From NCBI RefSeq assembly GCF_000195955.2, contig NC_000962.3, positions 840,001 through 872,000 of the forward strand: a stretch of DNA of 32,000 nucleotides, given 5' to 3'. Within the stretch, counting starts at the first letter, position 1. Each line of letters begins with the position of its first letter. The position numbers and the translations under genes were made by a program. The notes beneath the pieces are model-generated. The model did no database searches. It was given only the letters and a program-made list of their open reading frames with translations, and was not told the origin of the DNA. Shown here piece after piece: positions 20,912 to 31,430 of the stretch. Source of the DNA: Mycobacterium tuberculosis H37Rv. GTDB taxonomy: Bacteria > Actinomycetota > Actinomycetes > Mycobacteriales > Mycobacteriaceae.

Positions 20912-22381
20912 ATGGCCCTGTGGGGCGACGGAATTAGTGCGCTGCTCATCGACGGCAAACTATCGGACGGCCGTGCGGGCACCTTCCCGACGGTCAATCC
21001 GGCCACCGAGGAAGTGCTGGGAGTCGCCGCCGACGCCGATGCCGAGGACATGGGCCGCGCCATCGAGGCCGCGCGGCGGGCGTTCGACTCGACCGACTGG
21101 TCCCGCAATACCGAACTTCGGGTGCGGTGTGTTCGGCAACTGCGCGACGCAATGCAACAGCACGTCGAAGAACTACGCGAACTGACGATCTCCGAGGTGG
21201 GCGCGCCGCGGATGCTCACCGCCAGCGCCCAGCTGGAAGGCCCGGTCGGGGATCTATCGTTTGCGGCGGACACGGCCGAGTCCTACCCGTGGAAGCAGGA
21301 CCTCGGCGAGGCATCGCCGTTGGGCATCGCCACCCGGCGCACCCTCGCACGGGAGGCCGTCGGTGTCGTCGGCGCCATCACCCCGTGGAACTTCCCGCAC
21401 CAGATCAATCTCGCCAAGCTAGGTCCGGCGCTAGCCGCGGGTAACACCGTCGTTTTAAAGCCGGCGCCTGACACACCGTGGTGCGCAGCAGCGCTCGGGG
21501 AAATCATCGTCGAGCACACCGACTTCCCACCGGGCGTTGTCAACATCGTCACCTCCAGCAGTCACGCTTTGGGGGCGCTGTTGGCCAAAGACCCTCGGGT
21601 GGACATGATTTCGTTCACCGGTTCTACTGCGACCGGCCGTGCCGTAATGGCCGATGCCGCGGCCACCATCAAAAAGGTTTTTCTGGAACTGGGTGGCAAG
21701 TCGGCGTTCGTCGTGCTCGACGACGCTGACCTAGCCGCTGCCAGCGCGGTATCGGCGTTCTCGGCTTGCATGCACGCCGGGCAGGGGTGCGCAATCACGA
21801 CCCGGCTGGTGGTGCCACGGGCCCGTTATGAAGAGGCGGTTGCCATCGCGGCAGCCACCATGTCGTCGATCAGGCCCGGCGATCCCAACGACCCCGGAAC
21901 CGTTTGCGGGCCGTTGATTTCGGCCCGACAACGGGATCGTGTGCAGGGCTACCTCGACCTGGCGGTCGCCGAAGGCGGAAGGTTCGCATGCGGTGGCGCG
22001 CGGCCGGCGGATAGAGAGGTCGGTTTCTACATCGAGCCCACGGTCATCGCAGGGTTGACCAATGACGCCAGAGTCGCCCGAGAGGAGATCTTCGGACCGG
22101 TGCTCACGGTGATTGCCCACGACGGTGACGATGATGCGGTGCGCATCGCCAACGACTCGCCATACGGCTTGTCGGGCACCGTGTATGGCGCCGACCCGCA
22201 GCGCGCCGCGAGGATTGCCTCGCGGCTGCGGGTAGGCACCGTCAACGTCAATGGGGGTGTCTGGTACTGCGCCGACGCGCCGTTCGGCGGCTACAAGCAA
22301 TCCGGTATCGGACGCGAGATGGGTCTCCTCGGCTTCGAGGAGTACTTAGAAGCCAAACTCATTGCTACCGCTGCAAATTAG
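20912..22381 (+). CDS. aldA: NAD-dependent aldehyde dehydrogenase, 489 aa (Rv0768)
   Basis: ITPWNFPHQINLAKLGPALAAGNTVVLKPAPDTP, FTGSTATGR, LELGGKSAFVVLDDADL, HAGQGCAITTR catalytic Cys, EEIFGPVLTVI. Confidence 0.95.
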   Translation: MALWGDGISALLIDGKLSDGRAGTFPTVNPATEEVLGVAADADAEDMGRAIEAARRAFDSTDWSRNTELRVRCVRQLRDAMQQHVEELRELTISEVGAPRMLTASAQLEGPVGDLSFAADTAESYPWKQDLGEASPLGIATRRTLAREAVGVVGAITPWNFPHQINLAKLGPALAAGNTVVLKPAPDTPWCAAALGEIIVEHTDFPPGVVNIVTSSSHALGALLAKDPRVDMISFTGSTATGRAVMADAAATIKKVFLELGGKSAFVVLDDADLAAASAVSAFSACMHAGQGCAITTRLVVPRARYEEAVAIAAATMSSIRPGDPNDPGTVCGPLISARQRDRVQGYLDLAVAEGGRFACGGARPADREVGFYIEPTVIAGLTNDARVAREEIFGPVLTVIAHDGDDDAVRIANDSPYGLSGTVYGADPQRAARIASRLRVGTVNVNGGVWYCADAPFGGYKQSGIGREMGLLGFEEYLEAKLIATAAN

Positions 22382-22411
22382 CTAGCGGGTTGACAGCGCA
22401 GAAAGGAAGCC

Positions 22412-23158
22412 ATGTTCGACAGCAAGGTGGCTATCGTCACCGGGGCTGCCCAGGGTATCGGGCAGGCCTACGCTCAGGCGTTGGCCCGCGAAGGTGCCTC
22501 GGTGGTCGTCGCTGACATCAACGCCGACGGTGCCGCGGCGGTAGCCAAGCAGATTGTCGCCGACGGCGGTACTGCGATTCATGTGCCCGTTGACGTGTCC
22601 GACGAGGATTCCGCTAAAGCCATGGTCGACCGCGCCGTCGGTGCTTTCGGCGGCATCGACTATCTGGTGAACAATGCGGCGATCTACGGTGGCATGAAGC
22701 TCGATCTGTTGTTGACCGTGCCGTTGGACTACTACAAGAAATTCATGAGCGTCAACCACGACGGCGTGCTGGTGTGTACCCGCGCGGTGTACAAGCACAT
22801 GGCCAAACGGGGCGGCGGCGCGATTGTCAACCAGTCCTCGACCGCGGCCTGGCTGTATTCCAACTTCTACGGCCTGGCCAAGGTCGGTGTCAACGGGCTG
22901 ACGCAGCAGCTGGCCCGCGAGCTGGGCGGAATGAAGATAAGGATCAATGCGATCGCACCCGGACCGATCGACACCGAAGCTACCCGCACCGTCACCCCCG
23001 CAGAGCTGGTCAAGAACATGGTGCAGACCATCCCGCTGTCGCGGATGGGTACACCGGAGGATCTGGTGGGCATGTGCCTGTTCCTGCTGTCGGATTCGGC
23101 ATCGTGGATCACCGGGCAGATCTTCAATGTCGATGGCGGACAGATCATCCGGTCATGA
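22412..23158 (+). CDS. Short-chain dehydrogenase/reductase, 248 aa (Rv0769)
   Basis: VAIVTGAAQGIGQAYAQALAREGA, NNAAIYGG, FYGLAKVGVNGL (YxxxK), 30 bp after aldA. Confidence 0.94.
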   Translation: MFDSKVAIVTGAAQGIGQAYAQALAREGASVVVADINADGAAAVAKQIVADGGTAIHVPVDVSDEDSAKAMVDRAVGAFGGIDYLVNNAAIYGGMKLDLLLTVPLDYYKKFMSVNHDGVLVCTRAVYKHMAKRGGGAIVNQSSTAAWLYSNFYGLAKVGVNGLTQQLARELGGMKIRINAIAPGPIDTEATRTVTPAELVKNMVQTIPLSRMGTPEDLVGMCLFLLSDSASWITGQIFNVDGGQIIRS

Positions 23159-23193
23159 CCGGCGCCGGCGCCGATGCAGAGCGGGGCGATGAG

Positions 23194-23243
23194 GTGGGGG
23201 CACGCCCCCACAAGTGGGAGGTACCCCCATCCGCTGGCGGGGG
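23194..23243. repeat. GC-rich palindromic/REP-like intergenic element
   Basis: Perfect hairpin GTGGGGGC-AC-GCCCCCAC at 23194-23211, followed by CCCCC (23224-23228) ... GGGGG (23239-23243). Confidence 0.6.
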
Positions 23244-23255
23244 AGAGCGGCGCTC

Positions 23256-24143
23256 ATGACCGCTCACCCGGAGACACCACGCCTGGGATATATCGGCTTG
23301 GGTAATCAAGGCGCGCCGATGGCTAAGCGTCTGCTCGATTGGCCTGGCGGACTGACCGTTTTCGATGTGCGGGTCGAGGCCATGGCACCGTTCGTCGAGG
23401 GCGGCGCCACCGCAGCGGCAAGCGTCTCCGACGTCGCCGAAGCCGACATCATCAGCATCACCGTGTTCGACGACGCGCAGGTGAGTTCGGTGATCACCGC
23501 CGACAACGGACTGGCGACGCACGCCAAGCCCGGCACTATTGTCGCGATTCACTCCACCATCGCCGACACGACAGCAGTCGATCTGGCCGAAAAGCTCAAG
23601 CCGCAGGGGATCCACATCGTGGATGCACCGGTCAGCGGCGGCGCGGCGGCGGCCGCCAAGGGTGAGTTGGCCGTGATGGTCGGCGCTGACGACGAGGCGT
23701 TCCAGCGGATTAAAGAGCCATTTTCGAGGTGGGCTTCGCTGTTGATTCATGCCGGGGAACCGGGCGCTGGCACCCGGATGAAACTGGCGCGCAACATGTT
23801 GACTTTCGTCTCTTATGCCGCCGCCGCCGAGGCGCAGCGGCTGGCCGAAGCCTGTGGCTTAGACCTCGTGGCGCTCGGGAAGGTGGTGCGGCACAGCGAC
23901 TCATTCACCGGCGGCGCGGGAGCGATCATGTTCCGCAACACCACTGCGCCGATGGAGCCGGCTGACCCGCTGCGGCCGTTGTTGGAGCACACCCGCGGCC
24001 TGGGTGAGAAAGACCTGAGTCTGGCGTTGGCCCTGGGCGAGGTGGTATCGGTCGACCTGCCGCTGGCCCAGCTGGCGCTGCAACGGCTGGCCGCCGGCCT
24101 CGGGGTACCGCACCCGGACACCGAGCCAGCAAAGGAGACATGA
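23256..24143 (+). CDS. 3-hydroxyisobutyrate-dehydrogenase-like NAD(P)-dependent oxidoreductase, 295 aa (Rv0770)
   Basis: PRLGYIGLGNQGAPMAKRLLDWPG; VDAPVSGGAAAAAKGELAVMVG; GEPGAGTRMKLARNML. Start at 23256 preferred over 23214. Confidence 0.92.
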   Translation: MTAHPETPRLGYIGLGNQGAPMAKRLLDWPGGLTVFDVRVEAMAPFVEGGATAAASVSDVAEADIISITVFDDAQVSSVITADNGLATHAKPGTIVAIHSTIADTTAVDLAEKLKPQGIHIVDAPVSGGAAAAAKGELAVMVGADDEAFQRIKEPFSRWASLLIHAGEPGAGTRMKLARNMLTFVSYAAAAEAQRLAEACGLDLVALGKVVRHSDSFTGGAGAIMFRNTTAPMEPADPLRPLLEHTRGLGEKDLSLALALGEVVSVDLPLAQLALQRLAAGLGVPHPDTEPAKET

Positions 24144-24574
24144 TGGACGAGCTGCGCCGCACCGGCCTGGACAAAATGAACGAGGTTTACGCCTGGGACA
24201 TGCCCGACATGCCAGGTGAGTTTTTTGCCCTGACCGTCGATCACCTATTCGGCAGGATCTGGACCCGTCCCGGCCTGTCCATGCGGGACCGGCGGATGGC
24301 CGTGATCGCGGTGCTGACCGCTCAAGGCCAGTCGGATCTGCTCGAGGTCCAAGTCAACGCCGTCCTGCATAACGACGAACTCACCATAGACGAGCTGCGT
24401 GAACTCGCTGTGTTCATTACCCACTATGTCGGCTTCCCGCTGGGCTCGCGGCTGAACAGTGCGATCGAGCGGGTAGCGGCCAAGCGTAAGCAGGCGGCCG
24501 AGAACGGCTCGCTGCCCGACACGAAAGCCAACGTCGCCGAAGTTCTTGCTAAGGAATCTGGTAAATCGAGCTAG
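24140..24574 (+). CDS. Carboxymuconolactone-decarboxylase-like protein, 144 aa (Rv0771)
   Basis: MPGEFFALTVDHLFGRIWTRPGLSMRDRRMAVIAVLTAQGQSDLLEVQVNAVLHNDELTIDELRELAVFITHYVGFPLGSRL; CMD fold; 4-bp ATGA overlap with the upstream gene. Confidence 0.9.
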   Translation: MMDELRRTGLDKMNEVYAWDMPDMPGEFFALTVDHLFGRIWTRPGLSMRDRRMAVIAVLTAQGQSDLLEVQVNAVLHNDELTIDELRELAVFITHYVGFPLGSRLNSAIERVAAKRKQAAENGSLPDTKANVAEVLAKESGKSS

Positions 24575-24585
24575 TCTGACGTGTC

Positions 24586-25854
24586 GTGCGCGTCCTGGTA
24601 ATCGGTTCGGGTGCCCGCGAACATGCGCTATTGCTGGCGCTCGGCAAAGACCCGCAGGTTTCGGGGCTAATCGTTGCTCCCGGCAATGCAGGCACCGCTC
24701 GGATCGCCGAGCAGCACGACGTCGACATCACCTCCGCCGAGGCGGTGGTCGCCCTGGCTCGCGAAGTCGGCGCTGACATGGTGGTGATTGGCCCCGAGGT
24801 ACCGTTAGTGCTCGGGGTGGCCGACGCCGTGCGCGCGGCCGGCATCGTGTGTTTCGGGCCCGGTAAGGACGCGGCTCGCATCGAAGGCTCCAAAGCATTC
24901 GCCAAGGACGTCATGGCGGCGGCCGGTGTGCGCACCGCGAACAGCGAAATCGTAGACAGCCCAGCGCACTTGGACGCGGCCCTGGACCGGTTCGGGCCGC
25001 CTGCCGGTGACCCGGCCTGGGTGGTCAAAGACGACCGGCTAGCCGCCGGCAAGGGTGTGGTGGTGACAGCGGACCGCGATGTCGCGCGCGCACACGGAGC
25101 TGCCCTGCTCGAGGCCGGGCACCCGGTGTTGCTGGAGTCCTACCTGGACGGCCCGGAGGTATCGCTGTTCTGTGTCGTCGACCGCACCGTCGTGGTGCCG
25201 CTGCTGCCGGCACAGGACTTCAAGCGAGTCGGTGAGGACGACACCGGACTTAACACCGGCGGTATGGGCGCCTACGCGCCGCTGCCGTGGTTGCCCGACA
25301 ACATCTATCGGGAGGTGGTCAGCCGGATCGTCGAACCCGTTGCGGCCGAACTAGTCCGGCGTGGAAGCTCGTTTTGCGGATTGCTGTATGTTGGTCTCGC
25401 GATTACCGCCCGCGGGCCGGCGGTGGTCGAGTTCAACTGCCGATTCGGCGATCCGGAGACCCAAGCCGTGCTGGCCTTGCTGGAGTCTCCGCTCGGCCAA
25501 CTGCTTCATGCCGCCGCTACCGGGAAGCTGGCCGATTTCGGCGAGTTGCGGTGGCGTGACGGTGTGGCCGTAACAGTGGTACTGGCGGCCGAAAACTATC
25601 CCGGGCGCCCCCGGGTCGGCGACGTCGTTGTCGGCTCCGAAGCCGAGGGGGTGCTGCACGCCGGAACCACGCGGCGCGACGATGGCGCGATCGTTTCGTC
25701 CGGTGGCCGGGTGCTGTCGGTGGTGGGCACCGGTGCCGACTTGTCCGCAGCACGCGCACACGCGTATGAAATCCTCAGTTCAATTCGGTTGCCAGGAGGT
25801 CATTTCCGCAGCGATATCGGTTTACGGGCGGCCGAGGGGAAGATCAGCGTCTAG
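24586..25854 (+). CDS. purD: Phosphoribosylamine-glycine ligase, 422 aa (Rv0772)
   Basis: GTG start; [84 protein letters not shown]. Confidence 0.97.
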   Translation: MRVLVIGSGAREHALLLALGKDPQVSGLIVAPGNAGTARIAEQHDVDITSAEAVVALAREVGADMVVIGPEVPLVLGVADAVRAAGIVCFGPGKDAARIEGSKAFAKDVMAAAGVRTANSEIVDSPAHLDAALDRFGPPAGDPAWVVKDDRLAAGKGVVVTADRDVARAHGAALLEAGHPVLLESYLDGPEVSLFCVVDRTVVVPLLPAQDFKRVGEDDTGLNTGGMGAYAPLPWLPDNIYREVVSRIVEPVAAELVRRGSSFCGLLYVGLAITARGPAVVEFNCRFGDPETQAVLALLESPLGQLLHAAATGKLADFGELRWRDGVAVTVVLAAENYPGRPRVGDVVVGSEAEGVLHAGTTRRDDGAIVSSGGRVLSVVGTGADLSAARAHAYEILSSIRLPGGHFRSDIGLRAAEGKISV

Positions 25855-27389
25855 CAGGCTGCGGCTTGGCCATCACGGCGGGGATCGCTGGCCGCGAGGT
25901 ACCCATCGTCGAGCCGCCAGATTGCCTGACAACTCCCGAACTGGCTGTAGTCCGCTACTGCGACCAAGTCATGCCCACGCTGCCGCAGTTCATCGAGAGT
26001 TGAATCCGGGAAGCCGTTTTCGAAACTGACCCGCATACCGTTCACCCAGCGGAACCGAGGGCCGTCACAGGCCGCCTGGGGGTTCTGGCCGTAGTCGGCG
26101 ATGCGCACCAGCACCTGCACGTGACCCTGGGGTTGCATCATGCCGCCCATCACCCCGAAGCTCATCACCGGCGCACCGTCGCGGGTCACAAAACCTGGGA
26201 TGATCGTGTGATAGGGGCGCTTCCGTGGCCCAACCCGGTTCGGATGTCTCGGCACCACAGTGAAATCCGAGCCGCGATTGTGCAGCGAAATGCCGGTGCC
26301 GGGCACCACCACACCGGAGCCGAACCCAAGGTAGTTCGACTGAATCATGGACACCATCATTCCCGCAGCATCGGCGGCGGCCAGATAGACGGTGCCGCCT
26401 CGCGGGATGCCGGTGGCCGCCGGCATTGCCCTCTTTGGATCGATCAGCGTGGCGCGCTGCCGCAGATACTCCTTGTCGAGCAGGCGCTTCGGGTGCACCG
26501 GCATGTAGTCGATGTCGGCGACACACGCTTGCGCGTCGGCGAAGGCAAGCTTCAGTGCTTCGATCTGCACGTGCACACTTTCAGCGGAATCCACTGACCA
26601 CGATGACATATCGAAATGCTCGAGGATTCCGAGGGCGATCAAGGCCACGATGCCCTGGCCGTTGGGCGGTATCTGGTGGATGGTGTACCCGCGGTAGGTT
26701 CCCGTGATCGTGTCGACCCAGTCCACGCGATGGGCGGCGAGGTCGTCGGCACGCATCACCCCGCCGTTTGCCGCCGAGTGCGCCTCGAGTTTGGCGGCCA
26801 GCTCTCCCCGGTAGAACTCCTCACCGTTGGTCGCCGCGATCTTCTCTAGCGTCGCCGCGTGGTCAGGAAAGGTAAACAGCTCACCGGGTTTCGGCGCTCG
26901 TCCGCCGGGCATGAACGCATCGGCGAATCCGGGCTGGGATGCGAACAACGGCACCTGTGCCGCCCATTGTGCCGCGACGGTCGGTGAGACCAGAAAGCCG
27001 TTGCGGCCGTACGAGATGGCGGGCTCGAAGAGTGTTTCGAATGGTAGCCTGCCGAACCTGGCGTGCAGTTCCACCCAGGCCGACACCGCACCGGGCACCG
27101 TCACGGAGTTCCAGCCGAGCACGGGAACGGCGTTGCCGCCGAAGTACTCTGGCGTCCACGCCGAGGGTGAGCGGCCGGACGCGTTCAGGCCGTGCAGTTT
27201 TTGCCCGTCCCAGACGATGCTGAAGGCGTCCGAGCCGATGCCATTGGACACCGGTTCCACCACGGTGAGGGTGATGGCTGTGGCGACGGCGGCGTCGACC
27301 GCGTTGCCGCCGTCGGCCAGCATCCGAAGACCCGCTTGCGCGGCCAGCGGTTGTGACGTGCACACGACGTTTGTCGCCAGGATGGGCAT
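25851..27389 (-). CDS. ggtA: Gamma-glutamyltransferase family protein, 512 aa (Rv0773c)
   Basis: [47 protein letters not shown]; predicted autoproteolysis site [17 protein letters not shown] at 27387-27389; an upstream in-frame GTG at 27432-27434 is possible. Confidence 0.92.
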   Translation of the reverse strand: MPILATNVVCTSQPLAAQAGLRMLADGGNAVDAAVATAITLTVVEPVSNGIGSDAFSIVWDGQKLHGLNASGRSPSAWTPEYFGGNAVPVLGWNSVTVPGAVSAWVELHARFGRLPFETLFEPAISYGRNGFLVSPTVAAQWAAQVPLFASQPGFADAFMPGGRAPKPGELFTFPDHAATLEKIAATNGEEFYRGELAAKLEAHSAANGGVMRADDLAAHRVDWVDTITGTYRGYTIHQIPPNGQGIVALIALGILEHFDMSSWSVDSAESVHVQIEALKLAFADAQACVADIDYMPVHPKRLLDKEYLRQRATLIDPKRAMPAATGIPRGGTVYLAAADAAGMMVSMIQSNYLGFGSGVVVPGTGISLHNRGSDFTVVPRHPNRVGPRKRPYHTIIPGFVTRDGAPVMSFGVMGGMMQPQGHVQVLVRIADYGQNPQAACDGPRFRWVNGMRVSFENGFPDSTLDELRQRGHDLVAVADYSQFGSCQAIWRLDDGYLAASDPRRDGQAAAC

Positions 27390-27439
27390 GCGCGGCCAAG
27401 CGTAGGGGAAGGTCCAACCAAACGGCGTGCTCACGCCGC

Positions 27440-28351
27440 TTAACCTGTGAGCAGCGGCGCGAACCAGGTCAGCTCGGCGGGTAGCTGTGCGCTCCAGAAC
27501 CCACCGTTGTGCCCGCCAGGGGAGAAGCCGCCCGCCGGCGGGTGGGGCAGCTGCGCCACGAACTGCTTGGTTGCGGCATAAAACGGATCGCTGTTGCCGC
27601 AATCGACCCGGATCGGGATGGACCCCAATGCGGGGAGTCCGAAAACCGAGTTCGCCGACCAGTCGTCGGGTCCGTCGAAGGAGCCGGGTGCGACGGAACC
27701 GGCGGATAGCCACAGTGCCGGGCTGACCGCGCAGATCGCTGCGGTGCGTGCCGGTCCAAGGCGGCTGCCGAGCAGCAAAGCGCCGTAGCCGCCCATCGAC
27801 CAGCCCAGAAACGCTACCCGGGAGGTGTCCAGCCGCTGGGTGTCCAATAGCGGAATGAGCTCGTTGAGCACCATTGCCCCCGCGTCCTCGCCAGAAGCCC
27901 GCTGGTGCCAGTAGCTGCTGCCTCCGTCCACGGAGACCACCGCGAACGGTGGCAACCCGGCGTTGACGGCCTGGGCCAGGCCCTGCTCGACGCCGCCGTC
28001 CATCACGGCCGATGCGCTACCGCCCAAGCCGTGCAGTGCGATCACGGGCCGCAACGCCTGGGTCTGGCCGGGTGGGCGGGCGATGGCCCAGTTGGTCATC
28101 TTCCCGGCGCGCGCTGCCGACACGAACGAGCCGGTGGACATCGTCGGCGCCGCCTGAGCCGGGGGGGCCGGATCGAGTGCTGGTGTCGGCGCCAATGGAA
28201 CGTTTGTGCCAATCGCCGCCGCCGGTGCGGCATGTGAAGTTCGGGGCTGCAACAGCATGTCGATCGCATATGCTGAGGTAGCGCCAAGGACCGTGCCGGC
28301 GCCGAGACCGAGCACGGCGCGGCGGCTCAACTCTGGCATGCGGGCCATCAT
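27440..28351 (-). CDS. Tat-signal-bearing esterase family protein, 303 aa (Rv0774c)
   Basis: MMARMPELSRRAVLGLGAGTVLGATSAYA twin-arginine leader; LGWSMGGYGALLLG (GxSxG) and HNGGFW. Confidence 0.9.
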   Translation of the reverse strand: MMARMPELSRRAVLGLGAGTVLGATSAYAIDMLLQPRTSHAAPAAAIGTNVPLAPTPALDPAPPAQAAPTMSTGSFVSAARAGKMTNWAIARPPGQTQALRPVIALHGLGGSASAVMDGGVEQGLAQAVNAGLPPFAVVSVDGGSSYWHQRASGEDAGAMVLNELIPLLDTQRLDTSRVAFLGWSMGGYGALLLGSRLGPARTAAICAVSPALWLSAGSVAPGSFDGPDDWSANSVFGLPALGSIPIRVDCGNSDPFYAATKQFVAQLPHPPAGGFSPGGHNGGFWSAQLPAELTWFAPLLTG

Positions 28352-28406
28352 GCCATGGACGTTTGGCCGAATTGGCAATGCAGTACCACTTTGACTGGCA
28401 GCATGG

Positions 28407-29030
28407 ATGGGCGTGACAGCAGCGGTCACTCCAAAAGGAGAACGTCGGCGGTATGCGTTGGTCAGCGCCGCCGCGGAGCTGCTCGGCGAGGGCGGGTTCG
28501 AGGCGGTACGCCACCGGGCGGTGGCGCGGCGGGCCGGTTTGCCGTTGGCGTCTACCACCTACTACTTCTCGTCGCTCGACGATTTGATCGCTCGCGCGGT
28601 CGAACACATCGGAATGATCGAGGTGGCTCAGCTGCGAGCCCGGGTCAGTGCGCTGTCCCGGCGACGTCGGGGGCCCGAGACCACCGCCGTTGTGCTGGTT
28701 GACCTGCTGGTGGGGGAAATGTCCAGTCCGGGGCTTGCCGAGCAGCTGATCTCACGATACGAGCGCCATATCGCCTGTACCCGCCTGCCTGACCTGCGCG
28801 AAAGCATGCGCCGCAGCCTGCGTCAGCGCGCTGAGGCCGTGGCCGAGGCCATCGAGCGCTCCGGCCGCTCCGCACAGATCGAACTGGTGTGTACGTTGAT
28901 CTGTGCGGTCGACGGATCGGTGGTCTCGGCGCTGGTCGAAGGGCGGGACCCGCGTGCCGCTGCGCTGGCGACGGTGGTCGACCTCATCGACGTGCTCGCG
29001 CCCGTCGACCAGCGTCCGGTGCCGTTCTGA
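28407..29030 (+). CDS. TetR-family transcriptional regulator, ~207 aa (Rv0775)
   Basis: RRRYALVSAAAELLGEGGFEAVRHRAVARRAGLPLASTTYYFSSLDDLIARAVEH; divergent from the Rv0774c esterase. Confidence 0.88.
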   Translation: MGVTAAVTPKGERRRYALVSAAAELLGEGGFEAVRHRAVARRAGLPLASTTYYFSSLDDLIARAVEHIGMIEVAQLRARVSALSRRRRGPETTAVVLVDLLVGEMSSPGLAEQLISRYERHIACTRLPDLRESMRRSLRQRAEAVAEAIERSGRSAQIELVCTLICAVDGSVVSALVEGRDPRAAALATVVDLIDVLAPVDQRPVPF

Positions 29031-29763
29031 AGTCGGTGGGCAGCGACGGCGTGACAATGTACCCGGTGGTGAAGTCCCCATAGATCGTGACATCGGCGGG
29101 CCGGCGTTGGGCGTACAACGCCACGTAGGCGCATACGACGGCGTCGATCGGATCCTCGGCGGCCCGCAGGTCGCTTTTTCGCTGCGCGACCGTCACCTGC
29201 CGGCGCAACGAGACCCAATCCGGCTGACCGGCTACCTGCATCCGAACCCCGGCCTGGGCGAGCCCCTCGACGCCGTCCATCAGTCGCAATAGCTCCGATT
29301 TGAGCAGGTCAACGCTGCGTCCCGGCTTGGCCTTGTACTTCAGCGCGCGGGGTAGCCGAAACAGCGCCACCGTAGCCGGGTGCGGATAGACCTCGATGGC
29401 CCGCCGCGTGGCGGACGAAAGAGGATCCATATCCAGCGCCAGTTGGCGGGCCAGCCGGGCGGCGCGTGGAACGTCGGCAAACTCGGGCTTTTCGGTGTTG
29501 GCCGGATACGCGCCGGCCTCGAATTGTCGGAAGTCTCGATTCAGTGCGGCCTCCGCCGGCCGCTGGCCGGTGCGGTTGGCCACCACCAGCGGCGCGTCGA
29601 AGGCGACCAGGCAATCGCCCACAACGTAGGGCCGCAGCGCCGCCAGCACGGAGGCATCGTCGCGAGCGGCACCGACCCCCACCAGACACCCGTCCGCGTC
29701 GACAGCCGCGACACCGGTCGGATTGCGGCCGGCCCAGGCGAGGTCCACGCCGACGAAGTACAT
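28984..29763 (-). CDS. DUF429-like predicted nuclease family protein, 259 aa (Rv0776c)
   Basis: MYFVGVDLAWAGRNPTGVAAVDADG...CLVAFDAPLVVANRTGQRPAEAALNRDFRQF...EDPIDAVVCAYVALYAQRRPADVTIYGD; 3' end overlaps the TetR gene by 47 bp. Confidence 0.85.
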   Translation of the reverse strand: MYFVGVDLAWAGRNPTGVAAVDADGCLVGVGAARDDASVLAALRPYVVGDCLVAFDAPLVVANRTGQRPAEAALNRDFRQFEAGAYPANTEKPEFADVPRAARLARQLALDMDPLSSATRRAIEVYPHPATVALFRLPRALKYKAKPGRSVDLLKSELLRLMDGVEGLAQAGVRMQVAGQPDWVSLRRQVTVAQRKSDLRAAEDPIDAVVCAYVALYAQRRPADVTIYGDFTTGYIVTPSLPTDFRTAPDAGRRARARR

Positions 29764-29845
29764 CTGCCCAGGGTATGGCGGGGCCGCGGCGTATGTGCTG
29801 TGGTGTCACATCCGTCACTTGCGCCTCTGTCAGAGGGATGCGCGT

Positions 29846-29923
29846 TGTGCCCGTCTCATAGCGACATCGCCCGGGCGGCACCGGGACCGGGCGTTGCCGA
29901 GTTGTCGCGATGAGTCGGGCACA
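29846..29923. repeat. Nested imperfect inverted repeat in the intergenic region upstream of purB
   Basis: Left arm tgtgcccgtctcatagcgaca (29846-29866) versus reverse complement of right arm (29903-29923) tgtgcccgactcatcgcgaca: 19/21 matches; inner CGCCCGG (29868-29874)/CCGGGCG (29887-29893). Confidence 0.75.
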
Positions 29924-30007
29924 TCGGGTGCTCCCTGGCGCCGGGACTCGTGTGACAACTGCGACTACTAGGCCCGCGACCGTAAGCTGTGTCTTTGTGA
30001 GGGCCAA

Positions 30008-31426
30008 GTGAGCATTCCCAACGTGCTGGCCACCCGATACGCCAGCGCCGAGATGGTCGCGATCTGGTCGCCGGAGGCCAAGGTGGTCTCGGAGCGGCGG
30101 TTATGGCTGGCCGTATTGCGGGCACAGGCAGAGCTGGGGGTAGCGGTTGCCGATTCGGTGCTCGCCGACTACGAACGTGTGGTCGACGATGTGGACTTGG
30201 CCTCGATCTCAGCCCGGGAGCGGGTGCTGCGCCACGATGTCAAGGCCCGCATCGAGGAATTCAACGCATTGGCCGGTCATGAGCACGTGCACAAGGGGAT
30301 GACCAGCCGCGACCTGACCGAGAACGTGGAGCAACTGCAGATTCGGCGGTCGCTGGAAGTGATTTTCGCCCATGGGGTGGCGGCGGTGGCGCGGCTGGCC
30401 GAGCGGGCGGTGAGCTACCGTGACCTGATCATGGCCGGGCGCAGCCACAACGTGGCCGCTCAGGCCACCACCTTGGGCAAGCGGTTCGCCTCGGCGGCCC
30501 AAGAGATGATGATCGCGTTGAGGCGGTTGAGGGAGTTGATCGACCGCTACCCCCTGCGTGGCATCAAGGGCCCGATGGGCACCGGTCAGGACATGCTCGA
30601 TCTGCTGGGCGGTGACCGTGCGGCGCTGGCCGATCTCGAGCGGCGCGTCGCCGACTTCTTGGGCTTTGCAACTGTTTTCAACAGCGTGGGGCAGGTGTAT
30701 CCGCGTTCATTGGACCACGACGTGGTTTCGGCTCTGGTGCAGCTCGGCGCGGGGCCGTCATCACTGGCACACACGATTCGATTGATGGCCGGCCACGAGC
30801 TCGCCACCGAGGGTTTCGCGCCGGGTCAGGTCGGTTCGTCGGCGATGCCGCACAAGATGAACACCCGCAGCTGCGAACGGGTCAACGGGCTGCAGGTTGT
30901 GCTACGCGGCTATGCATCCATGGTGGCCGAGTTAGCCGGTGCACAGTGGAACGAGGGTGATGTGTTTTGCTCCGTGGTGCGCCGGGTTGCGTTGCCGGAC
31001 AGCTTCTTTGCCGTCGACGGGCAGATCGAGACGTTTTTGACGGTGCTGGACGAGTTCGGCGCCTACCCGGCGGTGATCGGCCGCGAGTTGGATCGTTATC
31101 TGCCGTTCCTGGCCACCACTAAGGTGCTAATGGCGGCCGTGCGCGCGGGGATGGGTCGCGAGTCCGCGCACCGGTTGATCTCCGAGCACGCGGTGGCGAC
31201 GGCGCTGGCCATGCGAGAACACGGCGCGGAGCCCGACCTGCTGGACCGGTTGGCCGCCGATCCGCGGCTGACGCTGGGACGAGACGCTTTGGAGGCCGCG
31301 CTGGCCGACAAGAAGGCATTTGCCGGTGCCGCGGGTGACCAGGTCGATGATGTGGTCGCGATGGTGGACGCGCTGGTGAGCCGTTACCCGGACGCGGCTA
31401 AATACACGCCGGGTGCAATTCTTTAG
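30008..31426 (+). CDS. purB: Adenylosuccinate lyase, 472 aa (Rv0777)
   Basis: [31 protein letters not shown]; [15 protein letters not shown]; signature [15 protein letters not shown]. Confidence 0.97.
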
Positions 31427-31430
31427 TGTC

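Noticed and set aside
25851-27713. 620-aa ORF in the track
   Set aside because: The N-terminal ~108 residues are Arg/Pro-rich shadow coding over the esterase gene; the GGT homology starts at [11 protein letters not shown].
28352-28406. TetR operator between the esterase and Rv0775
   Set aside because: Only weak partial symmetry (tgcagt...actggca, gccgaattggc); not distinguishable from chance by eye.
27440-28558. 372-aa ORF in the track
   Set aside because: The first 69 residues overlap the divergent TetR gene and lack protein-like character; the Tat leader starts at 28351.
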